Shown here: positions 63,001 through 64,000 of the stretch, piece by piece
Numbering within the stretch: position 1 is the stretch's first letter
Layout: each line of letters starts with the position of its first letter
From: an uncultured Haloferula sp.
GTDB lineage: Bacteria; Verrucomicrobiota; Verrucomicrobiia; Verrucomicrobiales; Akkermansiaceae
Assembly (NCBI GenBank): GCA_965652295.1
Contig: CBFGTS010000007.1
Location: 32,001-96,000 of the forward strand
Reading direction: 5' to 3'
DNA length: 64,000 nt
Made by a program: the position numbers and the translations under genes
The notes under the pieces: generated by a model
Database searches by the model: none
What the model was told of the DNA's origin: nothing
What the model saw: the letters and a program-made list of their open reading frames with translations, nothing else

Positions 63001-63890
63001 TCGCCGTGTTCCCGGGCGAGGGCATCGAGGGCAAAGACCATCTTCGGGAAGTCCTCTTCGGGGAGGGTGGCGAAGGCGTTCACCGCTTCGTCGAGGGAAG
63101 GAAAGGCACGGTGTGCGGCGGCATCCGTGCCGGCGGCCTGCGCCACTGTCGCGAACACCCGGCGGGCGAGAGGAATCACGTCGCCGAACTCCCGCTGGAG
63201 ATGCTCCCGGGTGAAGTAGAGCGTGCGGGCGCTGGCCTCCATCTCCTCCGGCGAGAGTTCCTCGGCGGAAAGCTCCGATTTTGCCACCGTCCATGCTTCC
63301 TGCGGAGTGAGCTTGGTGACGGCCATGCGCGAGCCGAGGTCCTGCATCCGCCGGCGGCGGTCGCGCTCCCGATCCTTCCCGCGCAGGTAGGCGGACATGC
63401 CGGCGTCGAAAGCTTCGTCGGAGGGCTCGTCGATCCCGAGCACCTCCTTCGCCACCTTCATCTGAGGGACGCCGGTGCGGAGCTCTTCGGGTGTGGCGCC
63501 GGTGATGTCCTGGACGAAGAGGTCGCGTGCGAGCTTGGGACGAAGTTCTTCCCGCGGAATCAGCTCGGCAGCGCGCTCGAATCCGTCGAGGAAGCCGCGC
63601 TTCTTCGCCACCTCCGCGAAGCTGGCGTCGTGACCGAGAGCGAGCCAGTCGTCGAGCGTCTCATTTTCGCGCTCGGCGCGGCGCCGGGCCTCGACGGTCT
63701 CGGCATGAGAGAACAGCGGCCGACGGCGGCGCGTCTTCCAGTCCGAGTATTGCCGGAGGTTCTCGCGAAGCTCGTCGGAAGGGGTGGCGGCAAACGAATC
63801 CTGCCATTCCATCGCCGCGGTGTCGGCGGCAACATCGGTGAGGAGGGGATCGGTGAAGTCGATGGCGACGGAATCGAGCGTGGTGGGCAT
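57054..63890 (-). CDS. Giant phage polyvalent / internal virion (ejection) protein-like, 2278 aa
   Basis: Long helical protein; degenerate zincin-like segment; coiled coil; YFPVR...FTKQRV and hydrophobic C-terminal helices typical of podovirus-type internal virion proteins. Confidence 0.7.
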   Translation of the reverse strand: MPTTLDSVAIDFTDPLLTDVAADTAAMEWQDSFAATPSDELRENLRQYSDWKTRRRRPLFSHAETVEARRRAERENETLDDWLALGHDASFAEVAKKRGFLDGFERAAELIPREELRPKLARDLFVQDITGATPEELRTGVPQMKVAKEVLGIDEPSDEAFDAGMSAYLRGKDRERDRRRRMQDLGSRMAVTKLTPQEAWTVAKSELSAEELSPEEMEASARTLYFTREHLQREFGDVIPLARRVFATVAQAAGTDAAAHRAFPSLDEAVNAFATLPEEDFPKMVFALDALAREHGEDVDGFFRKVAGSFDRGMEAYGISLDTFMRGRQAAEIRKLVEEDAPIYVPVEEARTPRDAALNVLGNLARGQGIGEYGLHADRDKERRLLTAPERLMLDQFATHLTRLQSAKQVLKDYKGEVSRIQSENMLAQGVYDATQSLPYMGAAFAGPIGTVLNGAVYSEDNFRQLKAQHPDVDDATLRNVADAAAVPMAAIERFQAKTLFGKFPGANKLLKGLAGGGFLKRTAVTTAAEFGQENVQNAMLPVARELAERITDDSGLDASFRGEMKELAEQAPRTFFAILPLSVLGAGGATVADRFRRNHLDAMMADRKGMQALAFTDEEIDSVTALEGTEEKVERFQEIYRGKTAEQRQQATESVMESATEGSMLPVVRPRAEGGFEVSYPDGTTETAATEEEAVSAHSTWIAQHFEEARRVSEEALSEEDIEGAFEEEQARFQEARPGVEVTESEAATIGGLRRSGQVTISQAWQRVRDYAAQTGTSLEGFTPSDFDQFTVRGSADAEARFANGVLEGAITLAKGEKDVAALWEEQAETYMHAQLNEGGRWSESELLTELRRVERQTGKQFLAGESRDNLVEGFSYVAREYAAGNFADLNFGEKLKRFLNLMAEKIAAMFTLSKDLRRLSQGGELSPALESTIRESLGFDGNQETEMERLRTDAEARMVAENVEPPAGETLSISRDGESLFSLANLIAVKSGGVSSRAKVWKTMAREVRGVRQRSEKRGPSGMDAEAAERSLAELDLQEELDSQESAQRLETDLAGIEVQREEERNTHTRNLEQLDHDEETAIQSEGERLLAKWGPERKQQARTAMAEARKTVAARFKGLRDKERARHRAEMTKLATRERERRREAKRREEAIGRRGKAGEDSIRAQADEFTKRQARFEQLQDIATLEAIARALPAAVRGKLSTSFRKLAELRTSEARGEYLVSLLPKIEQALESHLQTLYRTAIRKEVAKGEAKLSDARTRGGKIGAVGHAVLDQVKVAMPLEPEAATFRGEVLQQMLENAGIANPTAEQKSVMDPWAVALNESLVGGESLTVEQIEELDGRIAALELFGDYQNADSARLEEALAFLQGVYTDGRREWVEVLVARRELRDARVKKLREGLKMDRPIEDRDRSRRVRADESKLRRLGEGLMGAMIGGSQTFRRLAELSEDPEVSTLVEEMEWDFAAAEIDQQERDLKDSEEVSQALRAILGARSRHGLAKRLHELSSNDKQTPVPVSKIEGRRTVTISVPVKFAEAIVNGEAGGFDTRSGERVELSARQVKALATELEAFLDLPEPERVRRRSIPVTTVEAAGERKSIGPVSQLEALQLYLTMRQPDQAEKLEGLGYDAETMAELEAFLEPQTKALGAWMTDYLAADQMAIDALHRTEKGIGLRLVERYFPVRNDVALSTTGEIALDGGGIQHTGRSISFTKQRVTNSAPPDYINALAVFLAHRQQTNFWLSHVSALREWGGVLRDERLSGSIKARMGSAFHEALQRRFRRIEAGGSLRANSLLWIERAVKSVVRNFAIGVLGGRVSTLVANTSAVANVTYEVPYGELLAGMRDVIANPAAFRDAWKSPAIQRRLKGGATFEAQLAKSRGPTAKPLMAVADAAAMPAMEAINIVDTGANTVAAAFIWERTRKQSLADGLSEEQARAAADRKVDVVLLRAAQPTLRFAKSEFELMMLESPLSLPFALFISERRKNTAITFMAVRELLTGKGTYGRGMAAQQAFAGLVVMPALVTALGSMWAATAKGKDDEEESWWARYKDRMTDPKAWAYALSTEHLRSVPVLGEGAAATAAGAFDSDAAEWIIENTLPADFAERWQESEVRYFDSNPNPLVRAGRQAFRSGDIFAADATVEERADAAIDSVQAWGTLIPGAAVAAQAANLGESVLGAYNTAGGSLSEADRIELLKARFSKFSRDLDDTLGPSTREDGKPDKKVRRAKRDAKADKLASILAPMDESQREAFLEALSSAHASQEVRKRAGKLLRHRSQ

Positions 63891-63935
63891 GAGAACGAAG
63901 AGGTGTGGGGACGAAGGCAGGGGGCGGAAGGTGAG

Positions 63936-64000
63936 ATGAGCGACGAGACCAGCTCTCTACCACCCACGGCGGAAGAGTTTGCTCTCGGCGATGCGGCGGC
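63936..64000 (+). CDS. Possible divergent gene start, 3'-partial
   Basis: ggaaggtgag-ATG followed by an open frame MSDETSSLPPTAEEFALGDAA to the window end. Confidence 0.3.
   Translation, partial: MSDETSSLPPTAEEFALGDAA

Larger units (their letters stand above)
53114..64000. mobile_element. Prophage-like integrated element at tRNA-Asn (left end; continues beyond the window)
   Basis: Begins at the tRNA 3' end; short direct repeats; no housekeeping genes; small DNA-binding proteins; giant phage-type protein; no full integrase visible in the window. Confidence 0.8.

Overview
A GC-rich bacterial chromosome segment, most likely from Verrucomicrobiota (Haloferula/Luteolibacter-like). This assignment is inferred from three PEP-CTERM proteins, an Amuc_1098-type secretin and PVC-type secreted-protein domains. 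Bases 1-53113 are mostly housekeeping genes: ppdK, ilvBN, rsmI-lptE-bamD-proC, ispH, rlmB, metX, an ABC-F ATPase, a cyclophilin, a SNF2 helicase, ribF, a secretin and tRNA-Asn. Three accessory blocks interrupt them. (i) 17.5-23.5 kb: two XRE regulators, a coupled partner gene, a secreted DxDGDG-repeat protein with an AT-richer C-terminal domain, and an AT-rich lipoprotein. This has the layout of an uncharacterised polymorphic toxin/immunity system and is my best candidate for a novel system. (ii) 23.5-27.9 kb: two PEP-CTERM genes, one overlapping a phosphodiesterase-TPR-sulfotransferase fusion. (iii) 33.3-41.9 kb: a PVC-type operon with a prenyltransferase/squalene-oxidase-repeat protein. After tRNA-Asn (53114 to the window end) lies the left end of a prophage-like integrated element. 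It carries arm-type direct repeats, a 10-bp tandem array, a ribbon-helix-helix switch with twin palindromic operators (including a 56-aa gene missing from the ORF track), a stand-alone integrase-N-terminus-like protein and a 2278-aa polyvalent/internal-virion-like protein. All calls come from reading motifs by eye; no database search was run.
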